Under the pieces are notes generated by a model. It saw only the letters and a list, made by a program, of their open reading frames with translations, was not told the origin of the DNA and did not search any database. Source: Candidatus Poribacteria bacterium (GTDB lineage Bacteria; Poribacteria; WGA-4E; PCPOR2b). Taken from it: a DNA stretch of 64,000 nucleotides. Of the stretch, positions 18,386-27,893 are shown in pieces (within the stretch, counting starts at the first letter, position 1; each line of letters begins with the position of its first letter). Where the stretch lies: the NCBI GenBank assembly GCA_965205075.1, contig OZ242036.1, forward strand, positions 5,822,599 through 5,886,598, read 5' to 3'. The translations under genes were made by a program, and so were the position numbers.

Positions 18386-19165
18386 ATGATGCAATCAATT
18401 AGTGACAGTCAATGGGAGCAATTCAAGGAGGAGGGCTATCTCCTGCTCGGTAGAGTGATGGACGATGAAGAACTCACTACCTTGCAGCAGCGCATTGATG
18501 ACATTATGATGGGCAAAGCCAAACTTCCCTACGATCAGATAATGATGCAAATTGATGGTAAGACCAGCGACTACAGTAAGATGGAACCGATGACCAAGGG
18601 GCACAAAGGTCCGTCGTTAAACTATCGTAAGATCACCGAACTGGAGCTTGACCCATTCTTCTTGTCGTATATGCAAAAACCTGCCTTCCGGGATATTTGT
18701 GCTAGAGCCTACGGTCCCTCTACCTCGGTTGCTACCCCGCGTGCAATGTTTATGAATAAGCCGGCCGACACAGGAACTCACCTGCCTTGGCATCAGGATG
18801 TATTTCGGAACCTTGACACACTTTCAGACATTATCATCTGGGCGGCGCTGGATCCCGCGACCCTTGATAGTGGCTGTCTCAGAGTAATTCCCAAATCTCA
18901 TCACCGCATCTATGAAGGAAACTTCCCCACGGAAGAACAGTTGGAAACCCTCTTCGCGGTGGCGGATCCCGTCACCCTTGAATTACAACCGGGCGAGGGG
19001 GTATTGCTGCACGTCAACCTGATTCACACTTCTGCGGTGAATGATACCGGTTTGCCACGGCGGGCATTCAGCGTTGCTTATGTAGATGCTGCGGCTAGGA
19101 CCAACGATGGCCAGCCTCTCCCCACTATTTTTGGCGAAGATGCCTTAACCCCGCAATTCAACTAA
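18386..19165 (+). CDS. Phytanoyl-CoA dioxygenase (PhyH) family Fe(II)/2OG oxygenase
   Basis: 259-aa ORF with AGGAGG RBS. SDSQWEQFKEEGYLLLGRVM N-terminus, LPWHQDVF (HxD) and NLIHTSAVN. Confidence 0.8.
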   Translation: MMQSISDSQWEQFKEEGYLLLGRVMDDEELTTLQQRIDDIMMGKAKLPYDQIMMQIDGKTSDYSKMEPMTKGHKGPSLNYRKITELELDPFFLSYMQKPAFRDICARAYGPSTSVATPRAMFMNKPADTGTHLPWHQDVFRNLDTLSDIIIWAALDPATLDSGCLRVIPKSHHRIYEGNFPTEEQLETLFAVADPVTLELQPGEGVLLHVNLIHTSAVNDTGLPRRAFSVAYVDAAARTNDGQPLPTIFGEDALTPQFN

Positions 19166-19247
19166 CCAAGCAGTGACAGCGTGGGAGCGAGAGGGCGAGA
19201 GGACAAGAAGGAACGAGTAAGCGAAGGGACAGGGTGGCGTGTTTTCG

Positions 19248-19317
19248 ACTCGCTTCCTCACACCCGCGCTTCCTCATAGACTCGTTCACTCGCTCCCTCA
19301 CACCCGTGCTCCCTCAT
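19248..19317. repeat. Two 30-nt pyrimidine-rich direct repeats (period 40 nt) facing a purine-rich complementary arm upstream
   Basis: ACTCGCTTCCTCACACCCGCGCTTCCTCAT (19248-19277) and ACTCGCTCCCTCACACCCGTGCTCCCTCAT (19288-19317), 27/30 identical. The region at about 19185-19235 is GA-rich and contains GGGAGCGAG, which is complementary to CTCGCTCCC. Confidence 0.6.
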
Positions 19318-19413
19318 CTCCTTCACCGCCAAGAATCGCTCACTCTTTGTTGTATTCAAGGATAGCCACACCTCGACGTGCCAGTCAAAACTAATTTCAC
19401 AGGGGAACGTTTA

Positions 19414-20358
19414 ATGCACAAAGATTCTGATGGAAAATCTGCATACAGCATGGGGCTACTTATCATCTTGATTGCTTCACTATGGCTGGGTTGTGGAAAT
19501 GATGAGCCAGAGAGTGAAGCCCCTCCTGACAGAATTGTCGGTAACGACATGGCGGAAATGGTGCTGATTCCTGCTGGGGAGTTTGAAATGGGTGATCCCT
19601 TCAACGAAGGTACTACCTATGAACGCCCCGTTCACACCGTCTTCATTGACGATTTCTATATTGATGTCTACGAAGTGACCAACGTGATGTATGCGAAGTT
19701 TCTTACTGCGATGGGGAAGCATGTGGGGGATACGGGTCATATCTGGTTGGATATTGGCGACGGTGACGAGATGATTGAATTGGTTGGCGAGCAATACCGA
19801 CCGAAGGCAGGATTTGAAGAGTATGCCGTAGTTGAAGTGAGTTGGTACGGTGCAGCGGCGTATGCCCAGTGGGCAGGCAAACGCCTACCGACCGAAGCGG
19901 AGTGGGAGAAAGCCGCCCGTGGTGGGCAGGTCAGGGAACGGTATCCGTGGGGAGATGATGAGCCTGATGGAAGTCAGTGTAACTACGCGGATAAGAATAC
20001 AAGCTATTCTTGGTCAGATCAAACCGCTGACGATGGTTACCAAACAACCGCTCCTGTGGGTCTATATCCACCAAATGACTACGAGTTGTACGACATCGCT
20101 GGAAACGTATGGGAATGGTGCGTAGACGAATTGGATGTAGAGTATTACGAAAATAGTCCAAGAGAGAACCCTGTGTCAGGCGGAACTACACTCTTGATGC
20201 CTGATAACTTCAATAATATTAGGGAACGTCGCATACTTCGCGGCGGTTCGTGGCACAGCACCCCGGAGATCCTCCGTGTGGCGTATCGTTACAGCAGCGA
20301 ACCTGCGGTCACGCTCAGTTACTTTGGCTTTCGTTGCGTAGCCCCTGTTGATCCTTAG
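19414..20358 (+). CDS. Formylglycine-generating-enzyme (SUMF1/FGE-sulfatase) family protein, secreted or lipid-anchored
   Basis: Start moved to MHKDSDGKS. MVLIPAGEFEMGD, YIDVYEVTN, WYGAAAYAQWAGKRLPTEAEWEKAARGG, GNVWEWC, RGGSW and FGFRC are the classic FGE-family blocks. Confidence 0.85.
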   Translation: MHKDSDGKSAYSMGLLIILIASLWLGCGNDEPESEAPPDRIVGNDMAEMVLIPAGEFEMGDPFNEGTTYERPVHTVFIDDFYIDVYEVTNVMYAKFLTAMGKHVGDTGHIWLDIGDGDEMIELVGEQYRPKAGFEEYAVVEVSWYGAAAYAQWAGKRLPTEAEWEKAARGGQVRERYPWGDDEPDGSQCNYADKNTSYSWSDQTADDGYQTTAPVGLYPPNDYELYDIAGNVWEWCVDELDVEYYENSPRENPVSGGTTLLMPDNFNNIRERRILRGGSWHSTPEILRVAYRYSSEPAVTLSYFGFRCVAPVDP

Positions 20359-20468
20359 TCCTATTTTAGCTTCTGAACAATTCGCGTTATGATATTCTCA
20401 TGCCATTATCGAAAACTCCTTTAGGTCTAAAACCCAAGCGTTCTCGGCTTGCGGAAAAAGCTAACCCC

Positions 20469-21608
20469 ATGAAAACCTACAAGTTCAAACTGTATTCCAA
20501 TCACGGCAACCGTGAACTGCATAAGACAATCGAAGGACATGCTTGTGTGTGGAATCACTGTGTTGCCCTCCAGCGTCGATACTACGGTATCTATGGTAAA
20601 TATATCAGCAAGTTTCGGTTGATTAACCATATCTCTAAACTGAAACGGTTGCCTCGTTTTGCCCACTGGAATCGGTTGCCGAGCCAAGCCGTTCAAGACG
20701 TAGCAACCCGCATTGATAAAGGCTATAAGGCGATGTTTGAAGCGAGAGCCAAAGGTAAAGCGTGGGGCAGACCCCGTTTCAAACCACGCGGTAAATATAA
20801 ATCCTTCACACTGCTTCAAGCGGGTTGGAAACTGCTGCCCGGTAACCAGATTCAAATCGGCAAACGCATCTATCACTATTTCAAGTCCCGTGATGTACTT
20901 GGCCCCCCGAAACGTTGCACTATCAAACGGGACGCTGTTGGTGACATCTATATCTGTATCCTAACAGACTATGAGGCACCTGACCTTCATCGAGTCATGA
21001 CGGGTAAAATCGCAGGCTTTGATTTCGGTCTGAAAAGGTATCTCACCGGTCATAACGGACATGACATAGAATCACCGCTGTTTTTCAAACGGAGTATAAA
21101 CGCAGTTAAACGTGCCAATCGTAATCATTCACGGAAACAAAAACAATCAAACAATCGTGAAAGGGCACGGCTTGACTTGGCACGGAAGCACCGCAAGGTA
21201 GCGAACCAACGAGAGGACTTCCACTGGAAACTTGCACACCAACTGACTGATGAATACGACGAGATACGCCTTGAGGACTTAAACCTACAGGGTATGAAAG
21301 CCCTCTGGGGGCGTAAGGTCAGTGATCTGGGGTTCGCCGATTTCGTCAATAAGTTGAAATACATTGCAGCCAAAAAGGGTGTCAAAATAGTTTTCATTGA
21401 TAAGTGGTATCCTTCCAGTAAGACTTGTTCGGCTTGTGGGGCAATCAATGAAGCGTTGGATCTGCGGGATAGAACATGGCAGTGTGATAATTGTGGTGCT
21501 GTCCATGATAGAGACCGCAATGCAGCAATTAACATCTACAGGGTAGGGGCATCTACCCCCGAAGGAGAGGACGTAAGTCCCGATTCGTCAGGCAATCCTT
21601 GTCGATAG
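20469..21608 (+). CDS. tnpB: TnpB (OrfB) RNA-guided endonuclease-type transposase accessory protein
   Basis: Start moved to MKTYKFKLY. RuvC-I is IAGFDFG, RuvC-II is IRLEDLNLQGM, the zinc ribbon is CSACG...CDNCG, and RuvC-III is HDRDRNAAINI. Confidence 0.85.
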   Translation: MKTYKFKLYSNHGNRELHKTIEGHACVWNHCVALQRRYYGIYGKYISKFRLINHISKLKRLPRFAHWNRLPSQAVQDVATRIDKGYKAMFEARAKGKAWGRPRFKPRGKYKSFTLLQAGWKLLPGNQIQIGKRIYHYFKSRDVLGPPKRCTIKRDAVGDIYICILTDYEAPDLHRVMTGKIAGFDFGLKRYLTGHNGHDIESPLFFKRSINAVKRANRNHSRKQKQSNNRERARLDLARKHRKVANQREDFHWKLAHQLTDEYDEIRLEDLNLQGMKALWGRKVSDLGFADFVNKLKYIAAKKGVKIVFIDKWYPSSKTCSACGAINEALDLRDRTWQCDNCGAVHDRDRNAAINIYRVGASTPEGEDVSPDSSGNPCR

Positions 21609-21690
21609 CACAATTCCATTTCTAAACGAACGGGCCTGCTCACGGAACGGAGTGAGAATCCCAATCCTTTAGGTTTGGGAGTATGTCAAT
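21480..21690 (+). ncRNA. Predicted omega/reRNA scaffold overlapping the tnpB 3' end and right end (position inferred by analogy, not seen directly)
   Basis: In characterised TnpB elements the guide RNA scaffold is encoded by the last ~100-150 nt of tnpB plus the right end. Hairpins are present here at 21639-21656 (CTCAC/GTGAG) and 21660-21679. Confidence 0.25.
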
Positions 21691-21708
21691 TGAAGAAAGG
21701 ATCGAATA

Positions 21709-22548
21709 ATGACTGCACCCCATGCGTGGACACCTGCTGAAGGCAGTCTACAAGAAATATTAAAGGAATATCCAAAGCCTCTCAATGCGTTGGTATCGGG
21801 TGAAGTGCCGGCGATTGTTCTCCGCCAAGCTTTCAATCCGGATCACTGTGTGGGTCTCATAGAGAGACTCTATGAACGTGGCTTGGCATACGACCCTCGC
21901 CCAACTGAAAACAACGAAGAAAGTAATAGACCTGTGTACGTTGGTCCCGCTTTCGTTAGGTACAGTCCCGATCCCGACAAACTCTTCGCCTACGCCGCCG
22001 ACACCCACGAACTTTTCAAAACCTTGTTCAACGGGTACGACGATCCAGTGAAGACCTTCTACGAGATGTTGTCGTGTCTGGCACCGGACAAGCGGGTGAT
22101 GACCGCTCGTGAGCCGGACGGCCGTCTTTATGGTCCCGCCGTTTTTCGCGTCTATTATGCCGATCGAGGACACGGACCACACTTTGATTCTGTAGCAAAA
22201 CGACAGAAATTGTTCCATTATCAGGTTTCGCGGTTCCAGCACCAGTTCGCTGGAGTGATGTGCTTCCAGAACTCCGAAAACAGAGGTGAAAATGGAGAGC
22301 CCTTCCTGTACAACTGTCCTTGGACCCCCGCCGTACAGGAATATATCACCGCAGGCACGTTTAGCCAATATGTCGCTGAACAAGGCATCCCCCGGGCTCA
22401 AATTCAACTTGAACCCGGCGACCTTTACTTCTTTTTTTCTGAAAACATCCATGAAGTGCCGCCGGTGGTAGGTGAGGAGCCGCGCATTGTACTCGCTGCC
22501 TTCTTTGGTATGTCCCCGGACGATGAAGAGATTTTTGTCTGGTCGTGA
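21709..22548 (+). CDS. Fe(II)/2OG-dependent oxygenase-like protein (HxD...H)
   Basis: 279-aa ORF. RGHGPHFDS gives an HxD motif and there is a distal ENIHEVPP His. The subfamily was not recognised. Confidence 0.5.
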   Translation: MTAPHAWTPAEGSLQEILKEYPKPLNALVSGEVPAIVLRQAFNPDHCVGLIERLYERGLAYDPRPTENNEESNRPVYVGPAFVRYSPDPDKLFAYAADTHELFKTLFNGYDDPVKTFYEMLSCLAPDKRVMTAREPDGRLYGPAVFRVYYADRGHGPHFDSVAKRQKLFHYQVSRFQHQFAGVMCFQNSENRGENGEPFLYNCPWTPAVQEYITAGTFSQYVAEQGIPRAQIQLEPGDLYFFFSENIHEVPPVVGEEPRIVLAAFFGMSPDDEEIFVWS

Positions 22549-22598
22549 TGTTGCTACCGTTCTCTTGCACCATTATTAGCTACTGAAAGGATAAATCA

Positions 22599-23699
22599 AT
22601 GAAAATTACGAAAATCGAAACATTCCAGATTGAAACTCCGCGCTATTACCAAAAACATCCGGTTGACACAGGCGAAGCGCCATCAGGTCACGTTATCGTG
22701 AAACTCCATGTGGCTGACGGACTCGTAGGGCTAGGGGAAGCCTCAGACAGCAAGGCTGATGATCTGGCCGCGCTAACAAAGCGCTACAACGATTTGCTGG
22801 TTGGACGCGACGCTACCCGGATTACCGAGATTAATGAATTGATGCGGACGCAGGACTTTGGTAGTTCAGTCAGCAACTCACACATAACAGCTGCCATCGA
22901 CATCGCATTGTACGATCTCAATGGCAAAGCGCAGGGTGTGCCAGCCCACAATTTAATGGGCGGAAAAGTGCGAGATAGCATATACTTCTGTTATCCAATC
23001 ATCGGGGTGCACCTAGAGGACGGTTTCGAGCGGAATGCTCATTACCTACAGCGGTTGGTGGATTTGGGACATCATCTGTTTCGTTACTACGTTTCAGGAG
23101 ACGCCGATCGGGACAACCGATTCATCACCGAGATGAAAGATCGCTTCGGAGATAAGATTAAACTCAAAGCCTTCGATTTCTCCGGACGTTTCTCGGATTG
23201 GGAGACCGCTCTGCGTTATGCAGACGTGCTACGTCACCATAACCCGTATAATTTTGAACAACCATCAAACAATTTGCGGGTATGTGCCGACTTCGTCAAA
23301 CGGATGGATGTGCCGGTGAGTCTCCATATCAGCACGTTAGAAGAAGGTTACGAAGCGATTGAGCGCGGGGCGTGCACCGTCCTAAACTTGGCGTGGGTCT
23401 GGTATGGACCGACCTACGTGCGTCGGATGTTCGCGCTAGCAGAAGCCGCGGGCTTGAAGACCTTGCTTTCAACAGATCAGGATTCAACCATAGGCACAGC
23501 CGGCGCGGTGCATCTCGGAGTTTCGGTGCCCAACTTAGATATCCCTGCCGACCCTGCTGGTCCCCTACTCTATACAGTTTCGCCTGCCAAAGAGCGCATC
23601 CGAGCTGAGGCGAGCCACCTGTATCCGCCAGAGGGCCCTGGCTTGGGTGTTGAGTTGGACGACGACAAGATGAGGGAACTAACAGTCGCCTCCGCATAA
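22599..23699 (+). CDS. Mandelate racemase/muconate lactonising enzyme (enolase superfamily) protein
   Basis: 366-aa ORF. It has the MKITKIETFQIE...GLVGLGEA capping-domain start and a barrel-domain layout typical of the family. Confidence 0.75.
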   Translation: MKITKIETFQIETPRYYQKHPVDTGEAPSGHVIVKLHVADGLVGLGEASDSKADDLAALTKRYNDLLVGRDATRITEINELMRTQDFGSSVSNSHITAAIDIALYDLNGKAQGVPAHNLMGGKVRDSIYFCYPIIGVHLEDGFERNAHYLQRLVDLGHHLFRYYVSGDADRDNRFITEMKDRFGDKIKLKAFDFSGRFSDWETALRYADVLRHHNPYNFEQPSNNLRVCADFVKRMDVPVSLHISTLEEGYEAIERGACTVLNLAWVWYGPTYVRRMFALAEAAGLKTLLSTDQDSTIGTAGAVHLGVSVPNLDIPADPAGPLLYTVSPAKERIRAEASHLYPPEGPGLGVELDDDKMRELTVASA

Positions 23700-23812
23700 A
23701 TGACGTATCTATTTTAACGCAAAATCGCCAAAAAAAACTTTTTGATAATTTCTTCTCTGCCTCCTAGCACCCTTGCGTTGAGATTAGATCGGTTTTTCAA
23801 GAGAGAATCATA

Positions 23813-25729
23813 TTGAGTCCGACAGACAGTCGTTTTCTCGCTTCAACTCACCGCCCCCAGCCAGAAATTCGTTGGCGTGTAATCTGGCTGGCAGCAGCTA
23901 TCATCCCTTTTAACAACTACTGGGTCTACGCGATGCTGCGGTGGGCACAGGGCCTCCCGACGACCATGTCGCTTTTCTTCAATGTGATTTTTATCTTTGC
24001 GATTCTGCTCGCGTTGAATTATGGAATTTCCCTATATTCGCCGCGCTTGGCATTGACCCAAGGCGAATTGCTGACGTTCTACGCCATGCTTTCCGTCGCC
24101 ACTGCAATCGCCGGCGCAGATTTCTTCGCCGTAATCATCACACATATTGCCGTTGGCGGCTGGATGGCAACTGAGGAGAACGAATGGGCGACATTGTTTC
24201 ACCGTTACTTCCCCGATTGGCTGGCATTGACCGACAAAAATAGTCTCAGAACCTATTTTGTCGGTGAGTCGGCCCTTTACCTTGACGAGCATCTGCGGTT
24301 ATGGTGGAGGCCTGTCCTTTCATGGTCTGGGTTTATCGTTGTCCTCGTTTGCACGGCGTTTTGCATCAACGTCGTTATGCGGAAACAGTGGATTGAGATA
24401 GAACGACTCAGCTACCCAATTATCGAACTTCCGCAGCAGATGACAACCAAGGGCTTCTTTCGGAATCGGTTGATGTGGGCCGGAGCGATCCTCGCTGGCG
24501 GTATGGATATCGTCAACGCGCTGCATTTCTTGTATCCATCCATCCCAGGACTCGGTGGCGATTTCTTCGACCTGCAACCCTATTTTACCACGAAACCGTG
24601 GAACGCTATCGGTTGGACGCCTGTCACGCTCTTCCCCTTTGCTGTAGGGATGGCATATTTTATGCCACTCGATCTCTCCTTCACCTTCTGGTTTTTCTAT
24701 ATCTTTTGGAAATTTGAGTTGATCATGGGGAGTATTCTTGGGTTTCAACAGATCCCCAACTTTCCGTATATCTTTGAGCAATCATTTGGCGTCTGTGTCG
24801 GTGTGCTGATTCTGGTGTTTTGGAGTGCACGGCATCATTTACGAAACGTGCTGATAGGCGCATGGCGCGGCGAAAAAGCGTCTGAGTCTAACGAACCGAT
24901 TTCTTATCGTACGGCGGTCCTCGGGGTAATTATCGGTTTCCTGTTGTTAATCGGTTTTTGGGTAGTGGCGGGGATGTCGCTCTGGGTCGCTGTCCTGGTT
25001 TTCATTATCCATTTTACGACCGTAACCGTTACGGCTCGCATCCGCGCCGAACTCGGACCACCTCTCCATGATCTCCGCAGGATGGGACCTGATGTGCTAA
25101 TTCCACAGATGTTTGGCATGCGGCGAGTAGGTCCTAGAAACCTCAGCCTGTTCGCGCTCGTATTTCCTTTTAATCGTGCCTATCGGGGCAATGCTATGCC
25201 GCCGCAACTGGAAGGACTGAAACTCGCCGAGCGAGCAGGCATCTCGACGCGGCGCGTCGGATTCGCGATACTGATTGCTGTTTTCATCAGTCCATTACCT
25301 CTGTTCTGGGGCGGATTACAACTCGGCTACGAATCCGGTGCGGTGGCGTTTTGGGGCGGCGGTGTCTTTCGGCGAACCCAAAGTTGGCTCACCAATCCAA
25401 TGCCTGTGGATGTCCTAGGAATCTTGGCAATGCTCTTCGGCACGCTCTTCACCTTCGCTCTCACCGCCTTGCGTCATCGTTTCGTTTGGTGGCCCCTCTA
25501 TCCCGTTGGGTACGGCATCACAGGCACATGGGCGGTCAACTTTTTTTGGTCTTCGGTACTCGTTGCTTGGGTGATTAAGTTGTGCATCCTCCGCTTTGGA
25601 GGCATAAGAACGTTTCGCCGCCTAGCGCCGTTCTTTCTAGGAATGCTATTCGGTGAGTTTCTGCTCGGAGGTGTATGGGCACTGATTGGTGTGATTGTCC
25701 AGATGCCAATGTATCGGTTTATTTGGTGA
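23813..25729 (+). CDS. Uncharacterised polytopic membrane protein, paralogue 3 of 5
   Basis: 638-aa ORF with an uncertain TTG start. Motifs TEENEW, WIEIERLSYP, KPWNAIGW, PLDLSFTFWFFY, RIRAELGPPLHD, AMPPQLEGLKLAER, WWPLYPVGY and PFFLGMLFGE. Confidence 0.8.
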   Translation: MSPTDSRFLASTHRPQPEIRWRVIWLAAAIIPFNNYWVYAMLRWAQGLPTTMSLFFNVIFIFAILLALNYGISLYSPRLALTQGELLTFYAMLSVATAIAGADFFAVIITHIAVGGWMATEENEWATLFHRYFPDWLALTDKNSLRTYFVGESALYLDEHLRLWWRPVLSWSGFIVVLVCTAFCINVVMRKQWIEIERLSYPIIELPQQMTTKGFFRNRLMWAGAILAGGMDIVNALHFLYPSIPGLGGDFFDLQPYFTTKPWNAIGWTPVTLFPFAVGMAYFMPLDLSFTFWFFYIFWKFELIMGSILGFQQIPNFPYIFEQSFGVCVGVLILVFWSARHHLRNVLIGAWRGEKASESNEPISYRTAVLGVIIGFLLLIGFWVVAGMSLWVAVLVFIIHFTTVTVTARIRAELGPPLHDLRRMGPDVLIPQMFGMRRVGPRNLSLFALVFPFNRAYRGNAMPPQLEGLKLAERAGISTRRVGFAILIAVFISPLPLFWGGLQLGYESGAVAFWGGGVFRRTQSWLTNPMPVDVLGILAMLFGTLFTFALTALRHRFVWWPLYPVGYGITGTWAVNFFWSSVLVAWVIKLCILRFGGIRTFRRLAPFFLGMLFGEFLLGGVWALIGVIVQMPMYRFIW

Positions 25730-25886
25730 GGGCTAAAATCTCCATTAACCCCATTCTCGTCCGATATCATCTCCCATAGGATGTTCAACTTGCAATTTAT
25801 AATGAGAGTAGAACCGTATGTCACTTTCATAAAGTCCATATTGAATTTAACGTTGTTTTCATCACCTCCATTGGAGGCTTAATACA

Positions 25887-27806
25887 GTGCCTGAAACGAC
25901 CTTCCAAAACGGTCTGACGCTCAAATCCTTTTTTATTACACTGTGTCTCATTCCTATCAATATTTACTTCGTTGTTCAACTTGAAGTTGTTCGTTATACA
26001 TTTCCCACGCTCGTCCATCCACTATCGAATGTCATTTTTATTCTATTTTGGCTACTTCTGATTGGAGCCATTCTCAAGAAAATCTCCCCCAAGCTTGGAA
26101 TTAGCTCACCAGAACTTCTGACAATCTATGTCATGTTGGGCGTTGTATCGGCTCTCTGCTCGGCTGACACGATGCAAATCTTAATCACCATTTTGGGGCA
26201 TCCCTTCCGCTTTGCAACACCTGAAAATCAATGGCGTGAACTGTTCTGGAAGGAATTGCCCGCTTGGCTCACCGTCCAAGATGAAAAGGCACTAACCCCC
26301 TATTACGAAGGGGGATCTAGCTTCTATATAAGACGGCATCTGTATGCGTGGCTCCGTCCCGCGCTGGCATACATTGTATTTATCTTTGTGCTGATGTTTG
26401 TGATGCTGTGCATCAATACGCTGTTACGGATTCAGTGGACGGAGCGGGAACGGTTGACTTATCCAATTATTCAACTTCCACTGGAAATGACGGACACCAG
26501 TAATAGGTTCTTCAAAAATAAACTGATGTGGCTTGGCTTCAGCATCGCTGCGTTGATTAGTATAATGAATTTGCTCAATTCGATTTACCCCGCTGTTCCC
26601 TATATTCCCGTCAAGCGTCAGAATTTACACCAATATTTCACTGGCCGCCCTTGGAATGCGATGGGCTCCTTCCGGGTTTCGTTTTATCCCTTTGTCATCG
26701 GCATTGGGTTCCTCATACCACTAGATCTCCTCTTTTCATGCTGGATGTTTTACGGAGTCTATAAAATTGAACTAATGGTCGGTAACATAATGGGGTGGCG
26801 CAATCTGCCGCGTTTTCCCTATTTCAACGAACAGGCATTGGGCGTCTACGTTGCACTGCTCGTATTTGTGCTGTGGGTCGGCAGAGTCCATTTCAAGGGG
26901 TTGGTGCGCCATCTGCTAGGTTCATCTTCACTCGATGATTCCCGTGAACCGATGCCATATCGCTTGGCAGTCGCAGGTATATTAATTGGATTGATATTCT
27001 TGATGGCATTTTCCTACAGAGCGGGGATGTCCTTGTGGGTTACTCCGATCTTTTTCGCGATTTACTTTCTAGTCGCGATAATGATTGCGAGACTCCGTGC
27101 GGAATTGGGTTTTTTAGTACACGATTTACACTACATTGACCCGCACAACACGCTCGTCACCGTATTTGGAACACGCCGCCTCGGATCGAGCACATTGACC
27201 GTCTTTTCGTTATATCAGTTTTTCAATCGTGCCTATCGGGCTCACCCGATGCCACCACAACTGGAAGGCTTGAAAATCGCTGAAAGACGAAATATCAATC
27301 CACGTCACATAGCTGCAGCGATTCTACTCGCCACCTTAATTGGATCGGTGAGCGTTTTTTGGGTATTGTTAGATAACTACTACCGACACGGCGCAGAAAC
27401 CGGGTACTATGGACCATGGGCACTGGGGTACGGACGAGCCATCTATGGTCAACTCGAAACGTGGCTGAACTACCCCCGAGAGACAGATGTTCCAGCTATC
27501 GCTTTCATGGGAGGCGGACTCGGTTTCGCAGCACTACTCATGTTCCTAAGAACGCGCTTTCTGTGGTGGCCCCTCCATCCACTCGGCTATGCCATGGCAA
27601 ATAGCTGGGGGATGTTCAATCTGTGGGCTTGTCTCTTTGTTGCATGGATAGCGAAAGCAATCATCCTACACCACGGCGGACTTAGGGCATACCGACAAGC
27701 GATCCCCTTCTTTTTGGGGCTTGCCCTAGGAGACTATATGTTCGGCAGCCTGTGGAGTATTATTAGTATTGCAACCAACAGCACTCTGTATCAATTTTTT
27801 CCCTAG
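25887..27806 (+). CDS. Uncharacterised polytopic membrane protein, paralogue 4 of 5
   Basis: 639-aa ORF with a GTG start 9 nt after GGAGG. It has the same motif set and aligns by eye along its full length with paralogue 5. Confidence 0.85.
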   Translation: MPETTFQNGLTLKSFFITLCLIPINIYFVVQLEVVRYTFPTLVHPLSNVIFILFWLLLIGAILKKISPKLGISSPELLTIYVMLGVVSALCSADTMQILITILGHPFRFATPENQWRELFWKELPAWLTVQDEKALTPYYEGGSSFYIRRHLYAWLRPALAYIVFIFVLMFVMLCINTLLRIQWTERERLTYPIIQLPLEMTDTSNRFFKNKLMWLGFSIAALISIMNLLNSIYPAVPYIPVKRQNLHQYFTGRPWNAMGSFRVSFYPFVIGIGFLIPLDLLFSCWMFYGVYKIELMVGNIMGWRNLPRFPYFNEQALGVYVALLVFVLWVGRVHFKGLVRHLLGSSSLDDSREPMPYRLAVAGILIGLIFLMAFSYRAGMSLWVTPIFFAIYFLVAIMIARLRAELGFLVHDLHYIDPHNTLVTVFGTRRLGSSTLTVFSLYQFFNRAYRAHPMPPQLEGLKIAERRNINPRHIAAAILLATLIGSVSVFWVLLDNYYRHGAETGYYGPWALGYGRAIYGQLETWLNYPRETDVPAIAFMGGGLGFAALLMFLRTRFLWWPLHPLGYAMANSWGMFNLWACLFVAWIAKAIILHHGGLRAYRQAIPFFLGLALGDYMFGSLWSIISIATNSTLYQFFP

Positions 27807-27893
27807 CGGGCAGAGCTATTCATGTAAAGCTATTTTAGGACTTGACATTATTTAGGGCGGCCATCTTTTACACATCACACATTACATATTTCT

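Larger units (their letters stand above)
20400..21690 (+). mobile_element. Solo TnpB-only IS200/IS605-family (IS1341-like) element; boundaries approximate
   Basis: tnpB fills the gap between the FGE gene stop (20358) and the next start (21709), and there is no tnpA. The 10-mer TCCTTTAGGT occurs near both ends (20417-20426 and 21665-21674). At the right end it lies within the hairpin CCCAA-TCCTTTAGGT-TTGGG (21660-21679). Confidence 0.5.
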
